Below are positions 1 through 10,806 of a stretch of DNA of 64,000 nt, piece after piece. The notes under the pieces are model-generated. The model was not told where the DNA came from and searched no databases. It was given only the letters and a program-made list of their open reading frames with translations. The DNA is from an uncultured Gemmatimonadaceae bacterium. GTDB lineage: Bacteria > Gemmatimonadota > Gemmatimonadetes > Gemmatimonadales > Gemmatimonadaceae. The position numbers were made by a program, and so were the translations under genes. Within the stretch, counting starts at the first letter, position 1; each line of letters begins with the position of its first letter. Location: the NCBI GenBank assembly GCA_963716745.1, contig OY970320.1, positions 608,001 to 672,000 of the forward strand, in the 5' to 3' direction.

Positions 1-894
1 CAGCGTCGCGACGGTGCCGGCATACTCGAGCGCGGCGATCCCCACGGGTGAGATCGCGGCGAGATGGTCCGCGCTCACGGCGCCCAACTCGGCGGCGAGC
101 TCCGCGCCGCCGGACGGCTTGAGTTCGTCGGCGTGCAGCTTGAGCTCGAGCCCGTGCGCACGGCTCGCGGCCAGGATCGTGCGCGTCTCCTCCACGGTGA
201 ACACGCCGGGCTCGCAGAAGACATCGGCGAACTTGGCCAGCTTCGCCGTGGTGACGGCCGGGAGCATCTCCTGGGTGAGGAGATCGATGTACGCGGCGCG
301 CGACGCCGCGCTGCCGCGCGCTTCGAGCGGGATCTCGTGCGCGCCGAGCCATGTGGGGACGATCCGCATCGGCAGCTCCTGCGCGAGACGCGCGATCGCG
401 CGGAGCATCTTGAGCTCGTCCGCCACGGTGAGTCCGTAGCCGGATTTCACTTCCACCGTGGTGGTGCCGTACGACGCCAGGCGCTCGAGACGTGCGCGGG
501 CGAGCGCGACGAGCTCATCCTCGCCGCGCTGCCGCAGATCGCGCACCGATGCGTGGATCCCGCCACCGCGCGCCGCGATCTCCATGTAGCCGAGCCCGGC
601 GGCGCGCATCTCGTGCTCATCGGAGCGCGGCCGTCCGAAGATCGCGTGCGTATGCGAGTCGACGAGTCCCGGCGTGAGCACGCCGCGCGCGCAGTCGATG
701 CGCGCCGCATCCGGATACGACCGCTCGAGCGTCTCGCGGTCGCCCACCGCCGCGATGCGGTCGTCCTGCATCGCGACGGCCGCGCTCGTGAGCACGGTCG
801 CGTCCTGCATCTCGGCGCCGCGCCGCGCACGCGGCGGTCCGTTGCACGTGACCACCTGCGACGCGTTCACGAAGAGCGTCGTGCGCGCGCTCAT
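1..894 (-). CDS. hutI: Imidazolonepropionase (3' end runs off the window)
   Basis: Manual translation from ATG at 894 (MSARTTLFVNASQVVTC...). Contains GLVDSHTHAIF, GGGIHASV and GTTTVEVKSGYGL motifs. Lies in the hut operon. Absent from the ORF track because there is no stop in the window. Confidence 0.93.
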   Translation of the reverse strand, partial: MSARTTLFVNASQVVTCNGPPRARRGAEMQDATVLTSAAVAMQDDRIAAVGDRETLERSYPDAARIDCARGVLTPGLVDSHTHAIFGRPRSDEHEMRAAGLGYMEIAARGGGIHASVRDLRQRGEDELVALARARLERLASYGTTTVEVKSGYGLTVADELKMLRAIARLAQELPMRIVPTWLGAHEIPLEARGSAASRAAYIDLLTQEMLPAVTTAKLAKFADVFCEPGVFTVEETRTILAASRAHGLELKLHADELKPSGGAELAAELGAVSADHLAAISPVGIAALEYAGTVATL

Positions 895-1862
895 GCCATC
901 ACGTCGCGCACGCGCGAGATCGTGAGCGGCGCCTGCGCCTCGCCGCGGCACGCGTAGTAGCACGCGTTGCAGTCGATCGGCGCGTAACGGCGGAACTCGG
1001 TCCAGTGGAAATCGGGCGGAAAATCGGGGCAGCGCCGCACGTTGCCCACGGGATCGATGTGGATCGTGCGCATACCCGAGCGGCACGGCTCCTGCGCGTC
1101 GCCGCGGAACCAGCGCGCCACCTCTCGCAGATAATCGTCGGAGTTCACGATCACGCCGCGCCGCCGGCGCTTGTAGGCGAGCAACTGGGCGATCGTGTCG
1201 TCCACCTCGGCGGTCTGCTCGGCGCGCGGACGGTGCGCCTCGTTGCCGTTCTTGAATCCCGTGTAGGCGCTGAAGCTGACGCCCGCGCCCAGCTCGGCGG
1301 CGCGGTGCACGATCGGCAGCAGCTGGTCGAGATTCGAATTCTTGATCACCGTGTTGAACCGGATCCCGTCGATGCCGGCCTCACGCATGCGCGGCACGAC
1401 GGCCAGCACGCGCGCGGCGAGGCCCGGGATGCCGCGCGCGGCATCGTGGCGCTCATCCAAGAAATCGAGCGAGATGTTGAATTGATTGATGCCGGCGTCC
1501 CACAACGACTGCGCGCGTTCGAGCGAGAGCGAGCCGCCGTGCGTGATGATGGTGATGTACTTCAACCGAACGGCACCTGCGACCGTGGCAACTATGGATT
1601 CTAGGTCGCGGCGTAACAACGGTTCGCCGCCCGTGAAGGTGATCATGAGCGGGTTGAAATAACGGGCGGCGTCGGCGAAGCTCTTGAGCTCGGTGTCGCG
1701 CGCGGACGGATCGGTCTTCCAGTAGTCGCAGAAATCGCAGCGCGCGTTGCATCGCATCGTGACTTCGAAATGCACGAGCATCGGCGTGCCACGCACGTGG
1801 TGCCATGCGTACTTGCCGGCGAACAGCGGAACGTGCCACGGGCGGAAGCGCGCCGACAACAC
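891..1862 (-). CDS. Radical SAM protein with C-terminal Cys-rich (SPASM/twitch-like) extension
   Basis: CNARCDFC (CxxxCxxC) and FTGGEPLLR motifs. C-terminal C..C..CNACYYAC. Its stop overlaps the hutI start (ATGA). Confidence 0.88.
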   Translation of the reverse strand: MLSARFRPWHVPLFAGKYAWHHVRGTPMLVHFEVTMRCNARCDFCDYWKTDPSARDTELKSFADAARYFNPLMITFTGGEPLLRRDLESIVATVAGAVRLKYITIITHGGSLSLERAQSLWDAGINQFNISLDFLDERHDAARGIPGLAARVLAVVPRMREAGIDGIRFNTVIKNSNLDQLLPIVHRAAELGAGVSFSAYTGFKNGNEAHRPRAEQTAEVDDTIAQLLAYKRRRRGVIVNSDDYLREVARWFRGDAQEPCRSGMRTIHIDPVGNVRRCPDFPPDFHWTEFRRYAPIDCNACYYACRGEAQAPLTISRVRDVMA

Positions 1863-1873
1863 CGGTCAGCCTC

Positions 1874-3541
1874 TCACGCGCGCGGGCGCAGCATCGGGAT
1901 CTTGATCCCCTTCGCCTTCGCGGTAACGACGGCCGTGTCGTACCCCGCGTCGGCATGGCGCGCGACGCCGATGCCGGGATCGTTCGTGAGCACCCGTTCG
2001 AGTCGCGAGCGCATCTCCGGCGTGCCGTCCGCGACGATGACCTGCCCCGCATGCAGCGAGTTGCCGATGCCCACGCCGCCGCCGTGGTGGAAGCTCACCC
2101 AACTCGCACCGCTCGCGACGTTCAGCAGCGCGTTGAGGATCGCCCAATCGGCCACGGCGTCGCTGCCATCCTTCATCGCTTCGGTCTCGCGGAACGGGCT
2201 CGCGACGCTGCCGGTGTCGAGATGATCGCGGCCGATCGCGATCGGCGCCGACAACTCGCCGCTCGCGACCAGATCGTTGAGCGCCACGCCGAACTTCGCG
2301 CGCTCGCCCTGGCCGAGCCAGCAGATGCGCGCCGGCAGCCCCTGGAAATGCACCTTCTCGCGCGCGAGGGTGATCCAGCGCTTGAGATGTGCGTCCTGCG
2401 GGAAGAGTTCGAGCACGAGTTCATCGGTGCGGTGCAGGTCTCTCGGGTCGCCCGAGAGCGCGACCCACCGGAACGGCCCCTTCCCCTCACAGAAGAGCGG
2501 CCGCACGTAGGCCGGCACGAAGCCCGGGAACTCGAACGCGTTCGCGAGTCCGGCGTCGTGCGCCACGGTGCGGATGTTGTTGCCATAATCGAATGTGACC
2601 GCGCCGGCCTTCATGAGCGCGAGCATCGCGCGCACGTGCTCGACGATCGACGCGGTGGCCTTGGCCACGTAGGCCTTTGGATCCGACGCGCGCAGCGCGA
2701 GCGCGGCCGCGAGCGGCATCCCCGCCGGCACGTAGCCGTTGAGCGTGTCGTGCGCGCTCGTCTGATCGGTCACGACGTCCGGCTTCACACCGCGGCGCAC
2801 GAGTTCCGGCAGCACCTCGGCCGCGTTGCCGACGAGTCCCACCGAGAGTGGCTGCTTCTTCGCCTTGGCGTCCGCGATCCAGCCGAGCGCTTCGTCGAGC
2901 GACGCGGTCTGCCGGTCGCAGTATCCGGTCTCGACGCGCTTCGCGATGCGCGACGGATCCACTTCCACGCCGAGGAACGCGGCGCCCTGCATCGTGGCCG
3001 ACAGCGGCTGCGCGCCGCCCATGCCGCCGAGTCCCGCGCTGAGCACGAAGCGCCCCTCGAGCGTCCCGCCGAAATGCGCGCGCGCGATCGCGCCGAACGT
3101 TTCGAATGTCCCCTGAAGGATCCCCTGCGAACCGATGTAGATCCACGAGCCGGCCGTCATCTGGCCGTACATCATGAGGCCTTTCCGCTCGAGATCGCGG
3201 AACACGTCCCAGGTGGCCCAGCGCCCAACGAGGTTGCTGTTCGCGATGAGCACGCGCGGCGCACTCGCGTGCGTGCGGAACACCGCCACCGGTTTGCCGC
3301 TCTGCACGAGGAGCGTCTCGTCGTTCTCGAGGGCGCGCAGCGCGGTCACGATCGCATCGAAGCAGGCCCAGTCGCGCGCCGCTTTGCCCGTGCCGCCGTA
3401 CACCACGAGATCATCCGGCCGCTCGGCGACCTCGGGGTCGAGATTGTTCATGAGCATGCGAAGCGCCGCCTCCTGCTGCCATCCCTTGCAGGAGATCGAA
3501 CTGCCGCGCGGTGCACGGACCGGACGCGCTCCCGCGCTCAT
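1874..3541 (-). CDS. hutU: Urocanate hydratase
   Basis: [34 protein letters not shown] and GRDHLD motifs. Start set at the ATG (3541) that overlaps the hutH stop. Confidence 0.97.
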   Translation of the reverse strand: MSAGARPVRAPRGSSISCKGWQQEAALRMLMNNLDPEVAERPDDLVVYGGTGKAARDWACFDAIVTALRALENDETLLVQSGKPVAVFRTHASAPRVLIANSNLVGRWATWDVFRDLERKGLMMYGQMTAGSWIYIGSQGILQGTFETFGAIARAHFGGTLEGRFVLSAGLGGMGGAQPLSATMQGAAFLGVEVDPSRIAKRVETGYCDRQTASLDEALGWIADAKAKKQPLSVGLVGNAAEVLPELVRRGVKPDVVTDQTSAHDTLNGYVPAGMPLAAALALRASDPKAYVAKATASIVEHVRAMLALMKAGAVTFDYGNNIRTVAHDAGLANAFEFPGFVPAYVRPLFCEGKGPFRWVALSGDPRDLHRTDELVLELFPQDAHLKRWITLAREKVHFQGLPARICWLGQGERAKFGVALNDLVASGELSAPIAIGRDHLDTGSVASPFRETEAMKDGSDAVADWAILNALLNVASGASWVSFHHGGGVGIGNSLHAGQVIVADGTPEMRSRLERVLTNDPGIGVARHADAGYDTAVVTAKAKGIKIPMLRPRA

Positions 3542-5064
3542 CGCGCGAGTCCGGCGGTGACGCGGTCGTACTCGCCGGCGCCGATCTGCGCCCGAAGCGC
3601 CGCGATGTCGCCCGCGAACACGCGGTCCTGCGCGAGCGGCTTCACCGCGCGCCGCACGATGGCGTGCGCGTCGCCCACACGCTTGGCCGGCGCAAGCGGC
3701 GCGCGATAGTCCACCGCCTGCGCCGCGCACATGAGTTCGATCGCGAGGATGTTCGAGAGGTTCTCGACGATGCGGCGGAGCTTCCACGCCGCGCCCATCG
3801 CCATCGGCACCACGTCCTCCTTGTTGCCGTCCGTGGGGATCGTGTCCACGCTCGCGGGATGCGAGAGCACCTTGCACTCGCTCGCGATGGACGCGGCCGT
3901 CACCTGCATCATCATGAAGCCGGAGTTCACGCCCGCTTCGGGCGACAGGAAGGCGGGCAGTCCCTCGTTGAGATCCGGATTCACGAGGCGTTCGATCCGC
4001 CGCTCCGCGATCGTCGCGAGGTTCGTGAGCGCGATCGCCATGAAATCGAGCACCATCGCGACGGCCTGTCCGTGGAAATTGCCGCCGCTGAGCATCGTGC
4101 CATCGTCGAACAGCAACGGATTGTCGGTCGCGGCGTTCAGCTCGCGGCCCACGATCTGCTCGGCGAACGCGAGCGCGTCGCGCACCGGGCCGTGCACCTG
4201 CGGCATGCAGCGCAGCGCGTAGGCGTCCTGCACGCGCGGATCGTTCTCGCGGTGCGACTCGCGGATCTCGCTGTCGGCGAGCAGCGCGCGGAGCAGCGCG
4301 GCGGACGCCGACTGGCCCGCCTGGCCGCGCGCGTCATGGATGCGCACATCGAACGCCACCGGCGTGCCGCGCAACCCTTCGAGCGTCATCGCGCCCGCCA
4401 CATGCGCCACGTGCCACAGCCGCAGCGCTTCGCGCAGCGCGAGCGCGGCGATGGCGGTATGCGCTTGCGTGCCGTTGATGAGCGCGACCCCTTCCTTCGG
4501 CTGCAGCGACACCGCCTTGAGCCCCGCCTCGGCGAGCATCGCCGCCGCCGGTCCGGTCTTGGCGCCCCAATGGAGCGTCCCTTCGCCAATCAGCGCGAGC
4601 GCGAGATGCGCGAGCGGCGCGAGATCGCCGCTCGCGCCCACGCTCCCCTGCTCCGGGACCGTGGGATACAACCCTGCGTTGAGCATCCCGCAGAGGAGTT
4701 CGACCAGTTCCGCGCGCGCGCCCGAGAATCCTTTCGCGATCACGTTCGCGCGCAGGAGCATCATCGCGCGCACTTCGCGCTCGGGGAGCGCCGGCCCGAC
4801 GCCCACCACGTGGCTGCGCACGAGATTGTTCTGCAGATCGGCCAGCCGGTCGGGCGGGATCGCGACGTCGCTCAGCTTCCCGAAGCCGGTGGTGATGCCG
4901 TACACGGCATCGTGTCGCTTCACTATCGCATCGACGAATTTCCGGCGATCGACGAGGCGGGTCCGGGCCGCGGGAGCGAGAGCTACTTTCGCTGATCCTG
5001 AGGCGACTTGGAAGACGGATTCGATGGTGAGCGATTCGCCATCGAGGAGGATCTCATTCGGCAT
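3538..5064 (-). CDS. hutH: Histidine ammonia-lyase
   Basis: [20 protein letters not shown] (ASG MIO motif), QDAYALRC and GGNFHG. Confidence 0.96.
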   Translation of the reverse strand: MPNEILLDGESLTIESVFQVASGSAKVALAPAARTRLVDRRKFVDAIVKRHDAVYGITTGFGKLSDVAIPPDRLADLQNNLVRSHVVGVGPALPEREVRAMMLLRANVIAKGFSGARAELVELLCGMLNAGLYPTVPEQGSVGASGDLAPLAHLALALIGEGTLHWGAKTGPAAAMLAEAGLKAVSLQPKEGVALINGTQAHTAIAALALREALRLWHVAHVAGAMTLEGLRGTPVAFDVRIHDARGQAGQSASAALLRALLADSEIRESHRENDPRVQDAYALRCMPQVHGPVRDALAFAEQIVGRELNAATDNPLLFDDGTMLSGGNFHGQAVAMVLDFMAIALTNLATIAERRIERLVNPDLNEGLPAFLSPEAGVNSGFMMMQVTAASIASECKVLSHPASVDTIPTDGNKEDVVPMAMGAAWKLRRIVENLSNILAIELMCAAQAVDYRAPLAPAKRVGDAHAIVRRAVKPLAQDRVFAGDIAALRAQIGAGEYDRVTAGLAR

Positions 5065-5078
5065 TCGGGAAAGCTATA

Positions 5079-5242
5079 ACGGCGAGACTGGTACCGCGAA
5101 CGGCGGGATTGGTACCGCGAGAGGCGTGTGTAGCGTTGGCGTTGGGAATTGCGAGCTCCATGGGAGCTGCTGTACCCAACGCCAACGCCACAGACGCCCT
5201 CAGCGGTACCAAGCCCGCCGTTCGCGGTCCCAGCTACGCCGT
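5079..5242. repeat. Long palindromic intergenic repeat, family A, copy 1
   Basis: ~68 bp inverted arms at 5079-5146 and 5175-5242, with GGTACCGC and TAGCGTTGGCGTTGGG/CCCAACGCCAACGCCA cores. Homologous to 21383-21527 and 52265-52400. Confidence 0.9.
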
Positions 5243-6054
5243 CAATTCGTCCAGCTGATGCTCATCGCGCCACCCGAATGCGTCACCGTCCCCGTCCGAT
5301 GGCGCAGCACATCATAGAACGTGAACGAGACCTTCTGCACTATCGGCTTCACGATATTCCCGTTCACCACATCCATGCTCGGCGTCACCGCGGCGGCCGT
5401 TGCCCACTGGCTCTCCTGGCCGGTGTTCGTGACCGCGCTCACGTCGAAACAATAGCCGGTGCCGTTCACGAGTCCGGTCGAGATGAAGTCCTCCGATACC
5501 GTCGTTCCCTCGAGGAACCACTGCGGGCCGCACACGCTATGCACCGCGTCATAGCTGCTGCTGTACACCCGGTAGTACGAGAACTGCGATGGTGACGCGA
5601 GGCGTGCGTTCGGATCCCAGAAGATCTCGGCGCCGCCGTTGAGCGGGTTCGCGTCGAGCCCTGTGGGCGCCGGCAGGATCGAGATCAGCACCACCGTGAC
5701 CGAATTCGAGATCGCGCTTTCGGTTCCGTACGCGTCGACCGCGGTCACGGCGTACTGCACATCGGGAACGCCAAGGTCATAGAACGATGCCGACGTGGTG
5801 GTGGCGCGCAGCACCCACGACCCCCCCGTCGTGGTACTGCTGGAGTAGACGTTGTACTGCGCGGTACCCGCCACGGGCGGCGGATCCCAGCGCAGGAGCA
5901 CGCCGACCGGATTCGCCGGCTCGCCGCTCGGGATCAGCTCGTACGAGAGATTCGCCGGCGGCGGCAGCGTCGTCGGTTGGGTGGGATAGGCGGTGTTGTG
6001 GTTGTAGCAAGCGGCGAGCGCGATCGAGGCGGCGAACAAGAGGGCGCGGCGCAT
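5242..6054 (-). CDS. Lipoprotein with fibronectin type III-like beta domains
   Basis: Lipobox-like ALAAC after a short signal peptide. Two Fn3-like segments (W...YNVY...YAVTAVD..G.ES and W...YRVY...FDVSAV...G.ES). Confidence 0.7.
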   Translation of the reverse strand: MRRALLFAASIALAACYNHNTAYPTQPTTLPPPANLSYELIPSGEPANPVGVLLRWDPPPVAGTAQYNVYSSSTTTGGSWVLRATTTSASFYDLGVPDVQYAVTAVDAYGTESAISNSVTVVLISILPAPTGLDANPLNGGAEIFWDPNARLASPSQFSYYRVYSSSYDAVHSVCGPQWFLEGTTVSEDFISTGLVNGTGYCFDVSAVTNTGQESQWATAAAVTPSMDVVNGNIVKPIVQKVSFTFYDVLRHRTGTVTHSGGAMSISWTN

Positions 6055-6230
6055 AGGGGCACTCCGTTGGGGCGCGTGTGGTCGTTGACGTGTGGCAACG
6101 GCTCTACGCTACTGGTATGCATACTACGCACCAGCGCGCGTTTCGCTCCCGGAACGACTTAGCTCAAGCCACGCGCCGCAAGCGTCCACCCGTTGGGACA
6201 GCGCGCGACACCGCCGCGACACGCTTCCCG

Positions 6231-9191
6231 CTACGGGGAGATCGGCCGGTTGCTCCGCCGGTTGTAGTCGAAGCGCAGGTCAGGCTCCGCATTGAGCGCG
6301 ATGAAGAAGCTGAACGCGAAATTCCCGTTCGGCGCCTGCGTGAACGCGAACACGGCGTGCCAGTCGTGCAGCTGCCGGGTGAGGCTGAGCACGTTGTCCG
6401 AGAACTTGTGCGCCACGAGATCGTAGCCGGTCGCCCAATTCACCGCCCAGTGCGGCGTGAGGTCGAATTGCGAGATCGCGCGTATGGTGCTCTGCGGCGG
6501 CGTGATGATCACCGGTGCGCCGGCGCCCGTGGTGTTGAGCGTGTCCGCCGGACCCGTGGCGGTCTGGAGGCACTGGTTGTACGACAGCGGATCGTTGATG
6601 AACTGCGCGCAGTATACCTTGGGATTGAAGTTGATCACGTTCGTGCCGGTGACCGGACGGCTCTGCGATTCGGTGAAGATGAGCGAGAGACTCCACCCGC
6701 CGCGCGTCGCGCCGCCGAGCGGCACGCGGTCGGTGATCGGGCCCGCGATCGGCGGTTGGACGAACGCGCCGCCGTTCGGCGCGAGCGACTGCACCGTGGA
6801 GGCAATGCTCGAATCGGGCGGCGTCGCACCACCGAAGATCCGGCTGAACGCCGCGAAGGGATTGTTCGATCGCCCGACGCTGAATGAGATCGAGAGATTG
6901 GTCCGGAACGGTGCGAATTTCGCCGTGTCGCTGATCGGATCGCCGGAGAACAACGAATACGCGGCGGAGACCTGGAAACCCGGCAGCAGATCGCTCTGCG
7001 CGCTCCAGTTCAACGCCGGCGTAGTGATGCCGCGTCCGATCTTGCGCGCGATCACGAAGTCGTAGGTCAGCGCCGAGATGTCGAAATTCAGGAGCTTGAT
7101 CTTGTCGCCGCCGGTGGTGTTCGTCGTGGTGTCGCCGCCCCTCGGCTTGAGCTTCGCCTCGATGGTGTTCAGCAGCTGCAGCGTGACCGCCTCGCGGGTG
7201 AGCCCGCCCAGATAGCCGAAGCGGATCTGGTTCAGCGCCCTGAGGAATTCGTCGCTGACGTTCGTGGCGGGCGAGTACGTGAACGCCAACCGCGGCTGGA
7301 TCGAATGGCGGATGCGCGCGAACGGACCGAACCCGGGAAAGAACCCGTAGAAGGTGGGCTGCACGCCGATGCCGGTCTGCACCGTCTTCGATTGTGCGAC
7401 CCAGGCGCCGCCGGTCTGTTCGGTGCGCACCCAGTAGCCCGCCGAGGGATCGGCATTCACGAACGCCACGAACGGCGTGATGTTCCAACTGCTGCCGAAG
7501 AAGGCGGGAAGCGCGACGCCCGTCTCGAAGTTCGCGTCGGTGCGAAAGGTGCGCGCGTACGTGCGCTGCCCGAGCAGCTTCCCGGTGTTGAAGTCGTAGA
7601 TCAGGTAGTTCTGCTCGAGGTCCTTCTCAACGTCGGTGACCTTGAAATCGAGCGGCAGCGAGAAATTGCCGAAGCGGAACGGCGTGTTCACATCGAACGA
7701 CGTCAGCCGCTGGCTGGCGTTCGCGAGCAGGCTGTCCACGCTATCGGTGGCCGCGATGTTGTAGTTGTAGCCGAAGCCGCGGAGGTGGTCGTTCATCGTG
7801 TTCGACACGGTGACCGCGGGCGACCACACGACGCCCGGCGCGACGGTGATCGGCTGCGAGGACAGGCTGAAATTCGGGAAGTTGGTGTCGACCTCATCCT
7901 GGCCGGCGTACTGGCTGCGGCTGCCCCCGACGCTCAGCGCGAAGGGGCCGAGGCGGTCCTGGTACGCCAGCTGCGACGTGATCGCCGCGAGGGCCTGCGC
8001 GACGGTCACCGCCTGATAGCGATAGAGGCTGGTGGAGCTCGAGTAATTCAGGTTCGCGTTGATCGTGCTGTTCTGATTGAACTGCTGCGCGAGCTGGAAG
8101 GTGCCGTCGAAACTGTTCGCGCCGTTCGTGTACGTCGTGTAACTCGCGCGGATGTTCGAAGAGATGAATCGGTCGAGGATGCGGAAACGGTACTGGCCAT
8201 CCAGTCGGGTCCAGCCCGGCTGGTTGTCCGGCTGCCCCGCGCCGCTGCGCCAACTGAGCGCGAGCAGCGCGTCCATGTAATCGTTCACGTCGAAGTAGTA
8301 GCCGACGTTCTCGATCTGACGCACGTAGGTGGGCGTCGTGCGGATGATGTCGGCGATGCCGAAGCGCGGCGTGAGGATGCCGCTGCGGCGTCCCTGCCGC
8401 ATGTCCTGGAAGATGAACGGCAGCCAGAGCACGGGCACGTCCGACACGTAGAGCACCGCGGGCCGCGCGACCATGATCGTCTTCGACACGACCTTGATCT
8501 CGGTGGCCTGGAAGTGGTAGTGCGGTTCGGTGAGATCGCAGCTCGTGATCGAACCGTCGAGCGCGAACGAGGTGTTGTGCCCCTGCCCCGTCGTGTCGCC
8601 CACGACCGCGGCCTGGTGGCCGTACACGTACCAGGTGTTCCCGGCTTGACGCGTGTTCGTGGCCAACGACCCCGCGAGCCCACGATGGGTCGCGAGATCG
8701 TAGTCGAGGTATCCGTGCGCCAGCATGTCGGCGGTGCCCTGTGACGGATCGCGCAGGAAGATGGTGTCGAGCGGCGGCGCGCTCGCTTTCATCATCTTGA
8801 GCGAATCCGAGTAGAAGATCGTGTCGGCCACCAGGATGGTCTGCCCGCGCTCGATCGCGCCGCGGCCGTCGAGCTGCAGATCGCGCTGCCCCGCCATCAG
8901 CTCGACCCGGTTGCCCTGATAGCGCGTCACCACGTAGCCCTTCTTGTCCATCAGGGCCTGCATCACGGAGTCCGGGTCTTCCCACTTCACGAGCGTTTTG
9001 GGCGCGTGCAGCGTGTCGGCGGTGGTATCGCGCGTGTAGTTGTCGCGCCGCGCGCGCGTCGCGGAATCGAACGGGCTCATCGTGATGCCCGGTGCGCCGG
9101 GGAGCGGCAACGAGGGCGGCGTCGGCTGCTGGGCCCTCACGGCTCCCGCGGCCGCCACGATCGACAGCAGGAGGAGCCGGAGATGGTTCAC
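6231..9191 (-). CDS. lptD: LptD-like outer-membrane LPS assembly protein
   Basis: Signal peptide, GSITSCDLTEPHYHF and PFIFQDMRQGRRSGILTPRFG motifs typical of the LptD N-terminal region, followed by a long beta-barrel-like C-terminus. Confidence 0.72.
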   Translation of the reverse strand: MNHLRLLLLSIVAAAGAVRAQQPTPPSLPLPGAPGITMSPFDSATRARRDNYTRDTTADTLHAPKTLVKWEDPDSVMQALMDKKGYVVTRYQGNRVELMAGQRDLQLDGRGAIERGQTILVADTIFYSDSLKMMKASAPPLDTIFLRDPSQGTADMLAHGYLDYDLATHRGLAGSLATNTRQAGNTWYVYGHQAAVVGDTTGQGHNTSFALDGSITSCDLTEPHYHFQATEIKVVSKTIMVARPAVLYVSDVPVLWLPFIFQDMRQGRRSGILTPRFGIADIIRTTPTYVRQIENVGYYFDVNDYMDALLALSWRSGAGQPDNQPGWTRLDGQYRFRILDRFISSNIRASYTTYTNGANSFDGTFQLAQQFNQNSTINANLNYSSSTSLYRYQAVTVAQALAAITSQLAYQDRLGPFALSVGGSRSQYAGQDEVDTNFPNFSLSSQPITVAPGVVWSPAVTVSNTMNDHLRGFGYNYNIAATDSVDSLLANASQRLTSFDVNTPFRFGNFSLPLDFKVTDVEKDLEQNYLIYDFNTGKLLGQRTYARTFRTDANFETGVALPAFFGSSWNITPFVAFVNADPSAGYWVRTEQTGGAWVAQSKTVQTGIGVQPTFYGFFPGFGPFARIRHSIQPRLAFTYSPATNVSDEFLRALNQIRFGYLGGLTREAVTLQLLNTIEAKLKPRGGDTTTNTTGGDKIKLLNFDISALTYDFVIARKIGRGITTPALNWSAQSDLLPGFQVSAAYSLFSGDPISDTAKFAPFRTNLSISFSVGRSNNPFAAFSRIFGGATPPDSSIASTVQSLAPNGGAFVQPPIAGPITDRVPLGGATRGGWSLSLIFTESQSRPVTGTNVINFNPKVYCAQFINDPLSYNQCLQTATGPADTLNTTGAGAPVIITPPQSTIRAISQFDLTPHWAVNWATGYDLVAHKFSDNVLSLTRQLHDWHAVFAFTQAPNGNFAFSFFIALNAEPDLRFDYNRRSNRPISP

Positions 9192-9991
9192 CCGGTGGGC
9201 TCCGCGCCCAACTCAGCGTCGCGCTCCGCCGCGCGCCGCTGGCGGCGCCGGTACACGACGTACGACAACACCACGCTCACCTCGTACAGGAGGTAGAGCG
9301 GCACCGCCATCGCGATCGTGGTCCAAATGAGGTCGCCCGGCGTGAGGAACGCGCCGACGATCACCACGGCCACGATCGCGTGCCGCCGGTACTTATTCAG
9401 CAATTGCGGCGTCACGATCCCCAGCGCCGCGAGCGCGAGGATGACGATCGGCAGCTCGAACGCCACACCGAACGCGAGCGCCATGCTCGTCGCGAATCCG
9501 AAGTACTCGCTCGCCGTGATCATCGGCTCGAGCGCCGTGCCGCCGAAGTCCATGAGCCACGGCAGCGCGAGCGGCAGCACCTCGAACCACGCGAGCGCCG
9601 CGCCGCCGAGGAAGAGGAACACCGCGAAGCCGAACACGCCCACGGCCACGCGCTTCTCGTGCTTGAACAGCGCCGGCGCCACGAAGCTCCACACTTGGTG
9701 CAGGATCACGGGCAGCGCGATCGCGACGCCGATCACCATGGCGGCGTTCAGCACGATCGTGAACGGATCGCCCGGGTGCGTGTACACGAGGTGGCGCCCG
9801 TGCAGATAGGGCAGGATCGGCCCCTCCAGCCACATCAGGACATCGAATTGGATGAGCACGAAGAACGCGAGCCCCACTCCGACGATGAGCGCCGCCAGCG
9901 ACTTGATGATGCGCCAGCGCAATTCCTCGAGGTGATCGAGGAACGGCATCTCGGCGCCGGCGGGTTCCGGCTGTTGGTTCGCGTCGCTCAT
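9188..9991 (-). CDS. tatC: Twin-arginine translocase subunit TatC
   Basis: EMPFLDHLEELRWRI, FVAPAL, FELP and LTPGD motifs. Start moved to ATG at 9991, which follows a CCGGAGG-complement-free gap after cpoB. Confidence 0.95.
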   Translation of the reverse strand: MSDANQQPEPAGAEMPFLDHLEELRWRIIKSLAALIVGVGLAFFVLIQFDVLMWLEGPILPYLHGRHLVYTHPGDPFTIVLNAAMVIGVAIALPVILHQVWSFVAPALFKHEKRVAVGVFGFAVFLFLGGAALAWFEVLPLALPWLMDFGGTALEPMITASEYFGFATSMALAFGVAFELPIVILALAALGIVTPQLLNKYRRHAIVAVVIVGAFLTPGDLIWTTIAMAVPLYLLYEVSVVLSYVVYRRRQRRAAERDAELGAEPTG

Positions 9992-10008
9992 CGCCGGAGG
10001 ATCGACCT

Positions 10009-10806
10009 CTAGTTCATCGTGCGCAGCTGCTCGCGCGCGAGTGCCGCTTCGTCCGACCGCGGGTACGCGGTGGTGAGTTGTGTGAACGCGGCGCGCGCCG
10101 CGGTCTTGTTCCCCGCCTTCTCGAGCGACAGCGCGCGCTTGTAGAGCGCCGTCGGTGCGCGCGGCGACTGCGGATACTTCGCCACCACGTTCGCGTACGC
10201 ACTGTCCGCCATGGCGGCGTTCCCTTCCGCCGCCCACGACTCCGCGATGTAGAATTGCGCTTCGGGCACGAGATCCGATTTCGGGTACTGCGTCACGAGC
10301 ATCGTGAGGCCGTTCCGCGCCGTCGCGTTGCTGCCGCGGCGCAGCTGGTCGAGCGAGAGCTGGAACAACTCGGCCGGGCCCGGCGCGGCCGGCGCCGTCG
10401 CCGACGCACCCACCGCCGCACCCGCCGCCCCTGCCGCCACCACGCCGCCCTGCGTGTCCGGCTGCCGCTGCTCCAGCGAGGACCGCAGGTCCTGCAGGCG
10501 CCGCTGACTCTGTCCCGTCAGCTCCTGGATCTGGATGAGCTGCTGGTTGATCGCGTAGAGATCGCCGCGCATGTCACCGTTCATCTTCGCGATCCGCGCG
10601 CTGAGCGCGCGCACGGAATCGTCGACGACGGCCATCTGCGCGCCGGTGGCGGCGATCTGCGCCGCACGCGCCGAGTCGGACCGGATCTGCGTGGCCTTCA
10701 GTTCATTGATGGTGACGCGGAGCGAATCCACGTCGGCGGAGGTCGCCATGCACGCGCCGGCCGCGAGACACACGGCCGGTGCGAGCGCGCGCGCGATGCG
10801 CTTCAC
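10009..10806 (-). CDS. cpoB: Tol-Pal system protein CpoB/YbgF
   Basis: Lipoprotein-like N-terminus, coiled coil and TPR repeats (YPKS...AQFYIAE, YPQSPRAPTALYK). Directly downstream of pal. Confidence 0.88.
   Translation of the reverse strand: MKRIARALAPAVCLAAGACMATSADVDSLRVTINELKATQIRSDSARAAQIAATGAQMAVVDDSVRALSARIAKMNGDMRGDLYAINQQLIQIQELTGQSQRRLQDLRSSLEQRQPDTQGGVVAAGAAGAAVGASATAPAAPGPAELFQLSLDQLRRGSNATARNGLTMLVTQYPKSDLVPEAQFYIAESWAAEGNAAMADSAYANVVAKYPQSPRAPTALYKRALSLEKAGNKTAARAAFTQLTTAYPRSDEAALAREQLRTMN

Noticed and set aside
5079..5242. Family A repeats as a CRISPR array or integron attC sites
   Set aside because: The copies are solitary and 16-31 kb apart. There are no cas or intI genes, and the flanking genes are mostly housekeeping genes rather than cassettes.
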